From Lachnospiraceae bacterium oral taxon 500 (GTDB lineage Bacteria > Bacillota > Clostridia > Lachnospirales > Vallitaleaceae), in assembly GCA_002999035.1 (NCBI GenBank), contig CP027241.1, forward strand, positions 2,392,195 to 2,432,194: a stretch of 40,000 bases of DNA, given 5' to 3'. Below the pieces are notes generated by a model. The model was not told the origin of the DNA, did no database searches, and saw nothing but the letters and a program-made list of their open reading frames with translations. How positions within the stretch are numbered: the stretch's first letter is position 1; every line of letters begins with the position of its first letter. Shown here piece after piece: positions 1 to 8,490 of the stretch. Both the position numbers and the translations under genes were made by a program.

Positions 1-1277
1 TGCTCATTCAGATCCGCATATTTTACCTTATATTCGTCTTTAGAAATTATCCCCTCCAAATATATCTCTGTTAGCTTTTCTTTCTTCTGTAAAGCTTTTT
101 GGAGATCTAAAGAGGCAGTTTTCCTTTTAGTATCATCTGTAAGAGCATTCTTGGTTTCTTCTAGCCAAGTTATAATACTCTCTTTAACTACTTCTCTATT
201 GACTACAAGCCCCTCACTTAACTTAGCATAAATTTTTTTAAGCTTAATCCCACTCATAGGATTAGACCCATTACATATTATACTCCCCTTAGAATAAGCC
301 TTTGAACAGTACCAGCTAATATATCCCTTAGAAAATCGTCTCCAATACACTGATCCGCATTTGCCGCAAAATATTTTACCACTAAGTGGATCTGCTCCCA
401 TGTATTTTCCTCTTTTTCCAATTTTTTTACTCTTAAGCCGGTCATTTACCTTTTGCCATCTTTCTTCTGATACATATGCCAATTCTGGCATTGTTATTCT
501 TGTCCAATTTTCCTCTGCGGTTTTAATAACCCGCTTTTTATCAAAATCATGTTTATACCGCCCCATTACTAAGATGCCCTTAGCTTTCTCATTTTTTAGC
601 ACCCTTGAAATGCTTTCTAAGGAAAAAGGTTTACCTACGGAATTGCGATAGCCCATATTATTTAGTATATCCCTTACCTTACGAATACTATCATATTTTT
701 CATATAAATCCCATATAAAAAGTGCCAGTTCTATTTCTTGCGGCACCTTTACCCATCGCTTATTTTCTATTTTATACCCTAAAGCTTTTCCATTACCAAG
801 AGCTGATACCTCAAATCCTTGCTTAGCCATTTCAATTCTGCGTTTATTAGTGTTATTCAATTTTTTACTAAGATTTCTGCTATATTCTTCCGCTATAATT
901 GCCTTAATTCCAGTAATAAGTGCATCTTCATTAGAGCTAAAATACTTATTATCTAAGTACATAAACAGCTTAATATCGTTAGTTACGATTTGATTAACAA
1001 ATAAATACCAATCTAAAGTATTTCTTTGGAGCCTGTCTTGATCTTTGCATACTACAATATCAAATTTATCCTCTGATAAATCTTTTAAAAGCCTTTTATA
1101 TTCATTTCTCCTCTTAGTAGAGGTACCGCTTTTTCCCTCGTCTATGTATTCATCTACAAGTTTCCAGCCATTAGAGGCTATAACATCCTTGTTTTCCTGT
1201 ATCTGCTTTTCGAGGGCGTTAAGTTGCTTTTCTTCATCCGTTGATACTCTTGCGTAATAAACCGCCCGCTGTTTCAT
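1..1277 (-). CDS. Large serine recombinase (phage integrase); C-terminus runs off the left window edge
   Basis: Absent from the ORF track because there is no stop inside the window. Manual minus-strand translation from ATG 1277..1275 gives MKQRAVYYARVSTDEEKQLNALEKQ...GKSGTSTKRRNEYKRLL...VVCKDQDRLQRN, a resolvase-type catalytic domain with the YARVST serine. A recombinase domain, a Cys-rich zinc ribbon (CGKCGSVYWRR..WYCSKAY..CN) and a coiled-coil tail follow. The frame stays open to nt 1. Confidence 0.9.
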   Translation of the reverse strand, partial: MKQRAVYYARVSTDEEKQLNALEKQIQENKDVIASNGWKLVDEYIDEGKSGTSTKRRNEYKRLLKDLSEDKFDIVVCKDQDRLQRNTLDWYLFVNQIVTNDIKLFMYLDNKYFSSNEDALITGIKAIIAEEYSRNLSKKLNNTNKRRIEMAKQGFEVSALGNGKALGYKIENKRWVKVPQEIELALFIWDLYEKYDSIRKVRDILNNMGYRNSVGKPFSLESISRVLKNEKAKGILVMGRYKHDFDKKRVIKTAEENWTRITMPELAYVSEERWQKVNDRLKSKKIGKRGKYMGADPLSGKIFCGKCGSVYWRRFSKGYISWYCSKAYSKGSIICNGSNPMSGIKLKKIYAKLSEGLVVNREVVKESIITWLEETKNALTDDTKRKTASLDLQKALQKKEKLTEIYLEGIISKDEYKVKYADLNE

Positions 1278-1339
1278 ACGTTACGCTCCTTTATTATCCT
1301 GTTTATTATTTTTTACCATAATCTTACATTACTCTGTTT

Positions 1340-1368
1340 ATTATATACTAGTTATATAATATTTACAA
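1340..1368 (-). promoter_or_regulatory. Candidate SigA-type promoter of the integrase gene, containing a 7-5-7 dyad box
   Basis: The minus strand reads TTGTAA-17 nt-TATAAT (-35 at 1368..1363, -10 at 1345..1340). The spacer and -10 contain TTATATA-ACTAG-TATATAA (1341..1359). Confidence 0.45.
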
Positions 1369-1370
1369 CT

Positions 1371-1419
1371 AAAAAAATGAGGGATACTAGCCTATGCCAA
1401 TATCCCCCTCGATTTTTTA
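1371..1419. terminator. Candidate bidirectional intrinsic terminator between the lysis cassette and int
   Basis: AAAAAAA-tGAGGGATA-loop-TATCCCCCTC-gATTTTTT. This is an imperfect GC-containing hairpin flanked by an A-run on one side and a T-run on the other. Confidence 0.5.
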
Positions 1420-1524
1420 TGATAATTTAACTGTTTTCCCCTCGCGGATAAGGTTTTTTTATAATATTATTGGGTATTACACATTCATGCCGCATTGTAG
1501 CAATTTTAGAGAATAGGTTTGCTA

Positions 1525-1890
1525 CTACGAACAAATCTTACCTGTCCCGTCTGTTTTTCCCGCAATATCTTCCTCGTTTACCCATCCATAAACAGTGGAG
1601 CCTTTTCCGACTATAGCTTGCAACTGATATGGATGCGGGTTATTTAGAGAGAAACTTGTTACTTTTGCAAGTCCTGCTTTACATGCTTTAGCTACTCCAC
1701 TTGCATAGGAGTTAGTATACTGGAGGCAACCCATAAACTGGACTACATCTCCTATTTTAAAAGTTTCTCTTGCATTTTTGCCCGGATTAACTGAAATTTC
1801 CGATGTTTCTCCTTCATTAAAATTAATCGCTTTTTCTGTTTTAGCTTTCGTTGTAATTACGCCTTTTTCTCTTAACTGCCTTCCAGTCAT
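1525..1890 (-). CDS. Small lysis-cassette protein, putative SH3-like cell-wall-binding module
   Basis: 121 aa with ATG and an AAGGAGG RBS. The C-terminal half (FKIGDVVQFMG..YTNSYASG..ACKAGLAKVTS..HPYQL..GSTVYGWVNEEDI) resembles wall-binding modules seen at the C-termini of clostridial phage lysins. It is the last gene after the endolysin. Confidence 0.45.
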   Translation of the reverse strand: MTGRQLREKGVITTKAKTEKAINFNEGETSEISVNPGKNARETFKIGDVVQFMGCLQYTNSYASGVAKACKAGLAKVTSFSLNNPHPYQLQAIVGKGSTVYGWVNEEDIAGKTDGTGKICS

Positions 1891-1929
1891 TGTAAACCTC
1901 CTTATTTTTAAGTGCTAATAGCCTTATTC

Positions 1930-2649
1930 CTACTTGTCCATAATAACCACCACCTTATTCTTGCTGTCCCATTCAACAATCTTACCAAATACCTTCTCGG
2001 CCATTTCCCGGATCCCAACGTAATTCTTGTTGTCGATCACCTGTCCGGCCAACTCGTACATCTGGCCATTGTAATTGACTTTGACGACATTCTTTTTAGC
2101 GTCCTCAACCAGCTTGACAATCCCCGCCGTAAACTCCTGCCAGCCATTCGGCCGGGCTAAAATCCTGCGCGGGCAGAATTTACCGCTCCAATCTTGGTGT
2201 TTGTAAATCTTTAGATTAGGATAGGTAAGTAGCAAAGCAGCGTTCAGTTTCTGCGCGTTTGATTCTGCTTTCGCATAATTACCATTTTCGCAAATCTCAA
2301 CGGAGATGGTTTTCCGGTTACCGTCGCCGTTGCCGTCCCCGGCATGATAACAGAACTCGTCAATCGGGACACATTGAATAATGCGGTCGGCGTCAACAAA
2401 AAAATGCACTGACTTGTACTCTTTATCTGCATTTTCCAAACCTTGTAGATACCGGGCATGCGCCTCACTTCCTGCCGTCGGCGCGGTGTTCGCGGTATTA
2501 TGGTTGGTAATACCGATAACCTCTGTCATCTTAACCAGCGTCCGCACGTTCCGCTTGCCCCTTGGCTGCACAATCGCAATATTAACCCGTATGCCGTCAA
2601 TCTCCTTGTCCTGAATGATTCCGTCAATGACGGTTAATGGCTTCAGCAT
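1930..2649 (-). CDS. Endolysin: N-acetylmuramoyl-L-alanine amidase (Amidase_2/PGRP fold) with a copper-amine-oxidase-N-like C-terminal domain
   Basis: Motifs seen: HNTANTA..AHARYL..SVHFFVD..CYHAGDG..GNRKTISVEICEN..YKHQDWSGKFCPRRIL. The C-terminus is VKVNYNGQMYEL..VIDNKNYVGIREMAEKVFGKIVEWD. The likely start is MLKPLTV at 2649, which has an AAGGGGGAGA RBS. The track start at 2694 overlaps the holin. Confidence 0.9.
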   Translation of the reverse strand: MLKPLTVIDGIIQDKEIDGIRVNIAIVQPRGKRNVRTLVKMTEVIGITNHNTANTAPTAGSEAHARYLQGLENADKEYKSVHFFVDADRIIQCVPIDEFCYHAGDGNGDGNRKTISVEICENGNYAKAESNAQKLNAALLLTYPNLKIYKHQDWSGKFCPRRILARPNGWQEFTAGIVKLVEDAKKNVVKVNYNGQMYELAGQVIDNKNYVGIREMAEKVFGKIVEWDSKNKVVVIMDK

Positions 2650-3004
2650 TTTTTGTCTCCCCCTTTGGTTTGCTTGACTGGTTAATTCGGCCATCGTCCA
2701 GCAGGTCTTTTACCAAGTCAAACCACGCCTGAACAACCACCTTTAGTAATTTTACGGAAATAAACGCATTAAACGGTGCCGGAATATTTTCCCTCGCCAA
2801 GGCAACAACATACTCAAACTTCCTTTCGTTGTCGCCGTGTTTAAACCTGTTTTCTGCCGTGATAAATCCTTGATAAACGATTTTTCGGATCCTCTCCAGC
2901 CCCAGCCTTTGCATTTCTTTTACAAAAAGATAGGCTGCAAAGACCAGAACAATGCCTAAAAACGCATACGCAATCATCGGATAATTGGTAAATAATTGAT
3001 TCAT
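2624..3004 (-). CDS. Holin (LL-H-like, single N-terminal TM)
   Basis: 126 aa. It has an N-terminal TM helix (IAYAFLGIVLVFAAYLFV) followed by a charged helical tail. It sits directly upstream of the endolysin start and overlaps it. The RBS is AAGGAGG. Confidence 0.65.
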   Translation of the reverse strand: MNQLFTNYPMIAYAFLGIVLVFAAYLFVKEMQRLGLERIRKIVYQGFITAENRFKHGDNERKFEYVVALARENIPAPFNAFISVKLLKVVVQAWFDLVKDLLDDGRINQSSKPKGETKNAEAINRH

Positions 3005-3015
3005 AAGTAACCTCC

Positions 3016-4266
3016 TTATTCTTTGTACCCTAATGACCTGCTTACCAGCGCCATAACCTCTCCTCTGGTAATCGAATCATTAAAGCGTTTTTCGTGAATA
3101 ACAACTCCTAATTTCTTTAATTCCTCAAAGTACGCCTCCGCCCAGTGCTCACCCTTGGACGGCAATACATCGGTTGTGTCATTCTTATTCAGCACCCGAT
3201 ACAGCAAGGTCATAAACTCGCCGCGCGTAACTTTGTTATCGTAATTCTTTTCAAATACCTTGCAGCCGTGGCTGTTAAGATATTTGAAATACTTGTCAGC
3301 CCAATGTTCAGCGTTTATCACAGGGAACACATTCTTATCTCCGCCCGCCAGCACTCTGGCCAAAATAGCCATTGTTTCACCCCGGCTGATGTTCTGGTCA
3401 AAGTTCCGCTCATGCAGCGTCACACCCTTCTTCCAAAGGAAGTAAAAATATTTGTCCGCCCAATGAAGTAAGCTGTCATCGGCAATCGCGACATATTCCT
3501 TGATCGGGTAATCTTTCCGAATGGTGAAAAAGCCGTTCTTTCCCCAACCTCGGCCGTAAGAATTATGGCCGTACCAAACGGCCTTACTATCGTCCCAGCC
3601 ATAAATTAGCATGGTATGAAAGCCCTTTAAGCTTTCACCGTCTTGCGGGTTGGGAATAATCCCATTGCTCTGGACAAAGCTAAACGATGGATACAAGGGA
3701 ATGCAGATACAGACACACCCAAGCTTTTTAATCGCCTGCTTGATTTCCGCTTCCGTTTCCGGAAAAAGGTATTTGTCAGCTTTGTACCCAGCCGCTGAAC
3801 TTAGCAGCGCTGGACGTACTTCCCCGTAAAACTTATCTTTATTGTCCTTGTAAGAAACCCTGTCGCTTGTCTGCCTTGGGTTTAAGTCATATTGCGATAA
3901 AAAACACACGCCATCCTCGACCAGCTTTTCGGCCTGATCTTTTAGTGATGTTCCTTCCGTGTCCAGCAAGTAGCTAATATTCTTTGGCCGGTTCATCCAT
4001 AAAAACCAGCCGCTGAATAAAAAGACATTGTCCGGGTTCTGAATATACTCCAGCAAAGATTTTGCCTTTGCCAGCGCTTGACCGACGCAGCTGCCGGAAA
4101 GCAGCTGATTATACATAACCATGTTTAATATGGTTTCAATGTTCTCCGGCTTGTAAACCGGTCCCAGTTCTACGCCGCTTTCTGCCAAAACCGGAAAGTC
4201 TTTCGGACTTCGGTTAGACGGAATTGCACCAAATATTTGATTATTTGTGCTGAATGCTTCTTCCAT
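3016..4266 (-). CDS. Papain-like (C1 family) cysteine peptidase fused to three SLH (S-layer homology) repeats
   Basis: The N-terminal domain has the Cys/His/Asn triad in papain order: LSGSCVGQAL, GFHTMLIYGWDD, HNSYGRGWGKNGFFTI. The C-terminus has 3 tandem repeats of about 55 aa of the form HWA(D/E)xYFxxL...G(V/C)xxxE(R/K)xF(D/N)xx(I/V)(S/T)RGExMxLLxRxL, which is SLH-like. Confidence 0.8.
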   Translation of the reverse strand: MEEAFSTNNQIFGAIPSNRSPKDFPVLAESGVELGPVYKPENIETILNMVMYNQLLSGSCVGQALAKAKSLLEYIQNPDNVFLFSGWFLWMNRPKNISYLLDTEGTSLKDQAEKLVEDGVCFLSQYDLNPRQTSDRVSYKDNKDKFYGEVRPALLSSAAGYKADKYLFPETEAEIKQAIKKLGCVCICIPLYPSFSFVQSNGIIPNPQDGESLKGFHTMLIYGWDDSKAVWYGHNSYGRGWGKNGFFTIRKDYPIKEYVAIADDSLLHWADKYFYFLWKKGVTLHERNFDQNISRGETMAILARVLAGGDKNVFPVINAEHWADKYFKYLNSHGCKVFEKNYDNKVTRGEFMTLLYRVLNKNDTTDVLPSKGEHWAEAYFEELKKLGVVIHEKRFNDSITRGEVMALVSRSLGYKE

Positions 4267-4269
4267 GTA

Positions 4270-4698
4270 TCAATCCTCCCTTACTTCCGCCTTATTAATT
4301 TCTGGTTCGTACACCTTGTCCACTAATCCGTTACCGCCATATTCCTTGCGGTAAACATCAAGATTCGCGTGAAAGTTTTCAAGCTGTCGCCGCGTAATGT
4401 ACCCTTGTTTCTTTACCGCGTTGTAACAAACAAATAATTTGTCTCGAAGACTCCCCAGCTTATATTCCCGGTCACGCCGGATATGATCGTCAATCTTTTC
4501 CGCCAGCTTGTCAATACTGGCTTGATTTTCCTTTATCATGGCAAATAGCTCCTCTTTTTCCTGCTGCTTGTCATGATAGTCCGTGACTGCCTTATACACT
4601 CGTTCTATGACCTTATACAGGCCGTAGAACGCACAGCATAGGCCAATTACTTGCTCTATACTAAAACGCCCAAAAATACCAATAATATCTTTCACCAT
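4270..4698 (-). CDS. Membrane-anchored coiled-coil protein, function unknown (possible lysis accessory)
   Basis: 142 aa with an N-terminal hydrophobic helix (VIGLCCAFYGLYKVI) followed by a charged coiled coil. RBS AAAGGTGGTG. It lies between the fibre-associated genes and the peptidase. Confidence 0.5.
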   Translation of the reverse strand: MVKDIIGIFGRFSIEQVIGLCCAFYGLYKVIERVYKAVTDYHDKQQEKEELFAMIKENQASIDKLAEKIDDHIRRDREYKLGSLRDKLFVCYNAVKKQGYITRRQLENFHANLDVYRKEYGGNGLVDKVYEPEINKAEVRED

Positions 4699-4746
4699 TC
4701 ACCACCTTTGATTGGGGCAGCTCTCGCCGCCCCATGTCCTTTGCCC

Positions 4747-4902
4747 TTAGTCGATAGTTTCCGGGATTACTTCCCGAAGAGCCTGTTTCTCAGTCTCCGT
4801 CAACCGAGGATAACTCGCCAGAATTTCTTCTCTGGTGGCCTGCTCGGCTTCCATACGGGCCAGAATCGCACGTTTGAAAATCCTTAATTTGTAGTCTTTC
4901 AT
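4747..4902 (-). CDS. Small ORF (51 aa), unknown; in the XkdX-like position after the tail fibre
   Basis: Not in the track because it is under 60 aa. Manual translation: MKDYKLRIFKRAILARMEAEQATREEILASYPRLTETEKQALREVIPETID. Its start overlaps the upstream stop as ATGA, which suggests translational coupling. Confidence 0.5.
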   Translation of the reverse strand: MKDYKLRIFKRAILARMEAEQATREEILASYPRLTETEKQALREVIPETID

Positions 4903-5168
4903 CTCTGTTCACCTCCTGCTATCAGGTCAGCTAATAATTGGTTGATATCATTAATCGATTGCGCTGTTTTCTCGCTTTCGGTTAACGGTCGTGCTACTTC
5001 TCTCAAAACAATTTTCTTTTCCACATCGTCCCAATACTCAACATAATCTATGCCAGGCTTGGGGTGGTGCGGCGGTATTGGCCGCTCCACTTCGGCCTTG
5101 ATTAGCTCGACCGTGGTCGGCTGATAGCCGATAATTTGCTTGTTGTCGTCAATTAAAAATGCGTACAT
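4899..5168 (-). CDS. Hypothetical protein in the fibre-associated position (XkdW-like position)
   Basis: 89 aa, RBS AGGAGG, immediately downstream of the tail fibre gene. No recognisable motif. Confidence 0.5.
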   Translation of the reverse strand: MYAFLIDDNKQIIGYQPTTVELIKAEVERPIPPHHPKPGIDYVEYWDDVEKKIVLREVARPLTESEKTAQSINDINQLLADLIAGGEQR

Positions 5169-5186
5169 AGTTACCTCCTGTAATTT

Positions 5187-6899
5187 TTACCATGCAATTA
5201 AAGTTCCCCAACCAATATCATATTCTCCCAAATAAGAAAGCATTTTTATACTTCTTACATCTGCAAGATTAAGCATAATCCTATCTGGATTAGATATAAA
5301 ATAAGAGCCATTGTCTCTAAGTAAAGATCGAAAAACCATATGTTTCGATAATTGCTGAAAATTAGTATCGCTAAAAAACCACAGCTGAAATGCGTACCCT
5401 TCATCGGAAGGTCCACCTGATTCTTGGCTATATCTTAATTCCCAAATAAAATTGTTATATTTCTTAGATAACGCTTTTTTAAATTCATATAGTCTATTCC
5501 CATATTGGTCTCGCGTTTCCACAGGGTACACTCCTTCAAAAACGCTATTTAATACATCCGCTTTTTTTATCTTCCCAATATTCCCCGCCATCTCCTGCCA
5601 ACTCGCCGTAGTGCTGGTCGGCACTCCTTTGCCAGTAATGGCGTTGGCAATCGTTGTTTTTCCATTACTGGCTGATTGAAAAAGTTCTTGTAATGTATGA
5701 TCTGATCCATCACTTGCCTTGAAGTAAACTGGCTTTCTGTTATGGTAGTTGAGGAATAATGTACCATCTTGCCCTGGAACATCACCTTCAATGTGACGAG
5801 AGTGAACTTTCTTATCCAAGCCTTTCATGTGAATTCCGTTCCCGTCAACCGAAAATGCATGGTTATCACTCGTTAAAATTTCTTTCCACGGTGCAAAATC
5901 AGTATTTTTAATTGACCGCATGGCGACCTTGTTGTCCCACCACGAATATGCAATCTGAACCCCGAATGTTACTGCATAATTATCCTTATTATACGCATGC
6001 ATAGTGACGATACCATCACCCGTACCTCCTGGACGATTTAGTGTATTTGAATTAAAATAATAACTCATACCATCCTCAATACAGGTATTTAAGTCCAGTA
6101 CCGGTCTATCCCACTTTTCTTTAGAAGTAATTACATTTTCCCATGGTAGCCATGCTGTTCCATTACTCGTTCTAATTTTCATTGACCATGCTTTGTCAAC
6201 TTTATTTTCAAGCCCAGATGGACTACCATCTAATTTATAGGCTACTTGCGTACCATACCCGTCATTATTCTCATGACGAAAATACTGGATATACGCCCAC
6301 GATGTAGGGAGTCCGATTTCTTTGCCTTTATCCGTACTGCATACATAAGGCTCTGGGTAATTGGGATTGTTCAATTCCGCTGCCGTTAATGTCCGTTTAT
6401 TGTTGGTCAGCTTGTTCTCATTGAGCCATTTCCCTTGCGCTGCCGATATTGGCTTGTCCGTGCTGCCGTCTGACAGGCTATTGATAACTTCTACTGGAGA
6501 GGTCATCGCCCGAATAGCTATTTTTTTAACGTCCAAAAAAGTAGCCAGATAATACGCCGGCTCTTTAAAGTGGCTGCCCAGTAAGCCCTCATTTTCCCCG
6601 CTTAGGTTTACAATATTGATGGTGTACCCATTGCTTACACAGTTCTGCAATGCCTGATAAAGCCCGGCGCCGTTCTTATCCCCCTTAGAGCCGAATAGAT
6701 AGTCCTGTCCGACCTTGCCAGTGTTGCCGGTTAAAGTATTGATAAAAGCCTCGTCCGTTGTCGAAATACGAACAGCACTATTATTTTTAAGGTTATTTAA
6801 TTCCTGATCCAGTACATCTGCATTGTAGTTCAAATCCTCAACATTGATAAAGTCTGCCTCATCCGGCTTTCTTAACTTATAAAAATTCGTTTCCTGCAC
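5187..6899 (-). CDS. Tail fibre / receptor-binding protein
   Basis: 570 aa with a GTG start and a GAGGTG RBS. The N-terminus (NFYKLRKPDEADFINVEDLNYNADVLDQELNNLK) is the conserved fibre-attachment motif of PBSX-like and clostridial phages. The gene follows the baseplate genes. Confidence 0.75.
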   Translation of the reverse strand: MQETNFYKLRKPDEADFINVEDLNYNADVLDQELNNLKNNSAVRISTTDEAFINTLTGNTGKVGQDYLFGSKGDKNGAGLYQALQNCVSNGYTINIVNLSGENEGLLGSHFKEPAYYLATFLDVKKIAIRAMTSPVEVINSLSDGSTDKPISAAQGKWLNENKLTNNKRTLTAAELNNPNYPEPYVCSTDKGKEIGLPTSWAYIQYFRHENNDGYGTQVAYKLDGSPSGLENKVDKAWSMKIRTSNGTAWLPWENVITSKEKWDRPVLDLNTCIEDGMSYYFNSNTLNRPGGTGDGIVTMHAYNKDNYAVTFGVQIAYSWWDNKVAMRSIKNTDFAPWKEILTSDNHAFSVDGNGIHMKGLDKKVHSRHIEGDVPGQDGTLFLNYHNRKPVYFKASDGSDHTLQELFQSASNGKTTIANAITGKGVPTSTTASWQEMAGNIGKIKKADVLNSVFEGVYPVETRDQYGNRLYEFKKALSKKYNNFIWELRYSQESGGPSDEGYAFQLWFFSDTNFQQLSKHMVFRSLLRDNGSYFISNPDRIMLNLADVRSIKMLSYLGEYDIGWGTLIAW

Positions 6900-7430
6900 T
6901 TATAACACCTCATTTCTTAACTGTCCCCAAGTTTTGCCTTTAACCTCTCCCCATTTCAAAAGCTTGATATTCCCCCACTGGTTATAAAGCAGCGATACCG
7001 TAAACATCATAATGGCCGGGAGCATCCGCTCTAAAAGCTGCCTTACTTCATTCACTTTATTTTTTTCTGTTAATGCTACTTTAACAGTCAAGGATAATCC
7101 CTGTAATTCGGTCTTAACCCCGTCTACACCTAATAGAGCTGTCAAACTTTCATTAAGTGTGTTTTTTCTAATATTCCAGCGTAAATACACTCTAAATCTT
7201 CTGTTCTCTAAAGTATCATTTTCCTCTGGAAATATGCCTAATAAAGATTCAAAATAAGCTACCCCATCTTCGTCTGCTGTTTCGATGAACATGTTTCTTA
7301 AGAATTTATCAATCGCCTCAAGAATAAGTTTGATCTCCGGAGTTTCTGCCTTTGCAATTTCCTTGAATTCTTTGATTTCTCTGATATGAAAAGGTAAATA
7401 GCTTAATAGCTCCACTTCTTTAGCCGACAT
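6900..7430 (-). CDS. Baseplate protein, XkdU/YmfQ-like (DUF2313)
   Basis: 176 aa. YLPFHIREIKEFKEIAKAETPEI...FIETADEDGVAYFESLLGI is typical of this family. Position is between baseplate J and the fibre. Confidence 0.75.
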   Translation of the reverse strand: MSAKEVELLSYLPFHIREIKEFKEIAKAETPEIKLILEAIDKFLRNMFIETADEDGVAYFESLLGIFPEENDTLENRRFRVYLRWNIRKNTLNESLTALLGVDGVKTELQGLSLTVKVALTEKNKVNEVRQLLERMLPAIMMFTVSLLYNQWGNIKLLKWGEVKGKTWGQLRNEVL

Positions 7431-8490
7431 TTTCTATACCTCCTAAAATTGGGAGTTGATTATTCTGTACAGTGTAATTATCCGGTACTGAGTTTATTGT
7501 AGTATTCGCTACATCCAGCACTCCCTCAACATTGAGGATACGATTTTCAATTTGAGATATCCTCACTATTAAGGTATCATTTTCCCAATTTTTCCTCATT
7601 TCTAAAAAATAATCCTGCAAAGCCTTATTAATTAACGCTTTTTTACTGTTCCAGTCATGCCCGTCTTGAAAAGTAATCCTAACTCTAATCTGGAGAGTTA
7701 CTGTATCTGGTGTAACTACTGTTACAGTATGCCCTATTGGAACAAGTCCGTTTCCTTGCCCTTTTGGATCTGGGTCTAATATATTCTCAACCCTTTCTGT
7801 AAGAACGGGGGTAGCCTTGTTGTACTCACTATCAATAATAAGTAATTTAACTGTTCCAGCACCATTCCACACCGATTTTACGATACACCCTCCAACGCCC
7901 CCAAGTGCCTTAGTTTTTTCCTTGTAGTCCTGCTTATTCCAGTTGTACGCCTCACTCTTAAATGAGTTATCATACCGTTGTTTTAGGCTTACATCGCTCT
8001 CCTCGTCCTCTGCTGGGATAAGTAGCTCCATAAGCTCTCCCTCCAGATCCTTGTGGAAAAAGTCAATAGGATTAAGCTCTCCAAAACTCTTATTACCGAT
8101 TTCTCCGAATGTTTCACATTTTATTTGGTAGTAGAAAAATTTTTCCTTTTCTTCAATGAATTTTACGACAATGTAGTTGAGTTCATCGTGGCTAAACCTT
8201 GAGCCTACAGGGATTTTCATATTGAATTTACCCTTGAGTATCGCCTGTGTAGCCTCAAAAGGAATTATCCCACGCTGTCTACATCCAAGCTCAATAAACT
8301 CTCTAATATCCGCTGTAGCCACATAGCCATTTTTAATAGCGCTATCCAGTAAGATATAGATATTAGCGTGCTCCGCCGATGTAGGAGCTACAGCGTTCAT
8401 TACTAAAGAGCCCTCTCGCTTATCCACATCAGTAGAAACTCTTGCCAGCGTTCTGTCTAATATCGCCTCGTATGTTTGATCCTCATACAT
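7420..8490 (-). CDS. Baseplate J-like protein (XkdT-like)
   Basis: 356 aa. N-terminus is YEDQTYEAILDRTLARV..DKREGSLVMNAVAPTSAE. Gene order matches xkdS-T-U. Confidence 0.85.
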   Translation of the reverse strand: MYEDQTYEAILDRTLARVSTDVDKREGSLVMNAVAPTSAEHANIYILLDSAIKNGYVATADIREFIELGCRQRGIIPFEATQAILKGKFNMKIPVGSRFSHDELNYIVVKFIEEKEKFFYYQIKCETFGEIGNKSFGELNPIDFFHKDLEGELMELLIPAEDEESDVSLKQRYDNSFKSEAYNWNKQDYKEKTKALGGVGGCIVKSVWNGAGTVKLLIIDSEYNKATPVLTERVENILDPDPKGQGNGLVPIGHTVTVVTPDTVTLQIRVRITFQDGHDWNSKKALINKALQDYFLEMRKNWENDTLIVRISQIENRILNVEGVLDVANTTINSVPDNYTVQNNQLPILGGIENVG

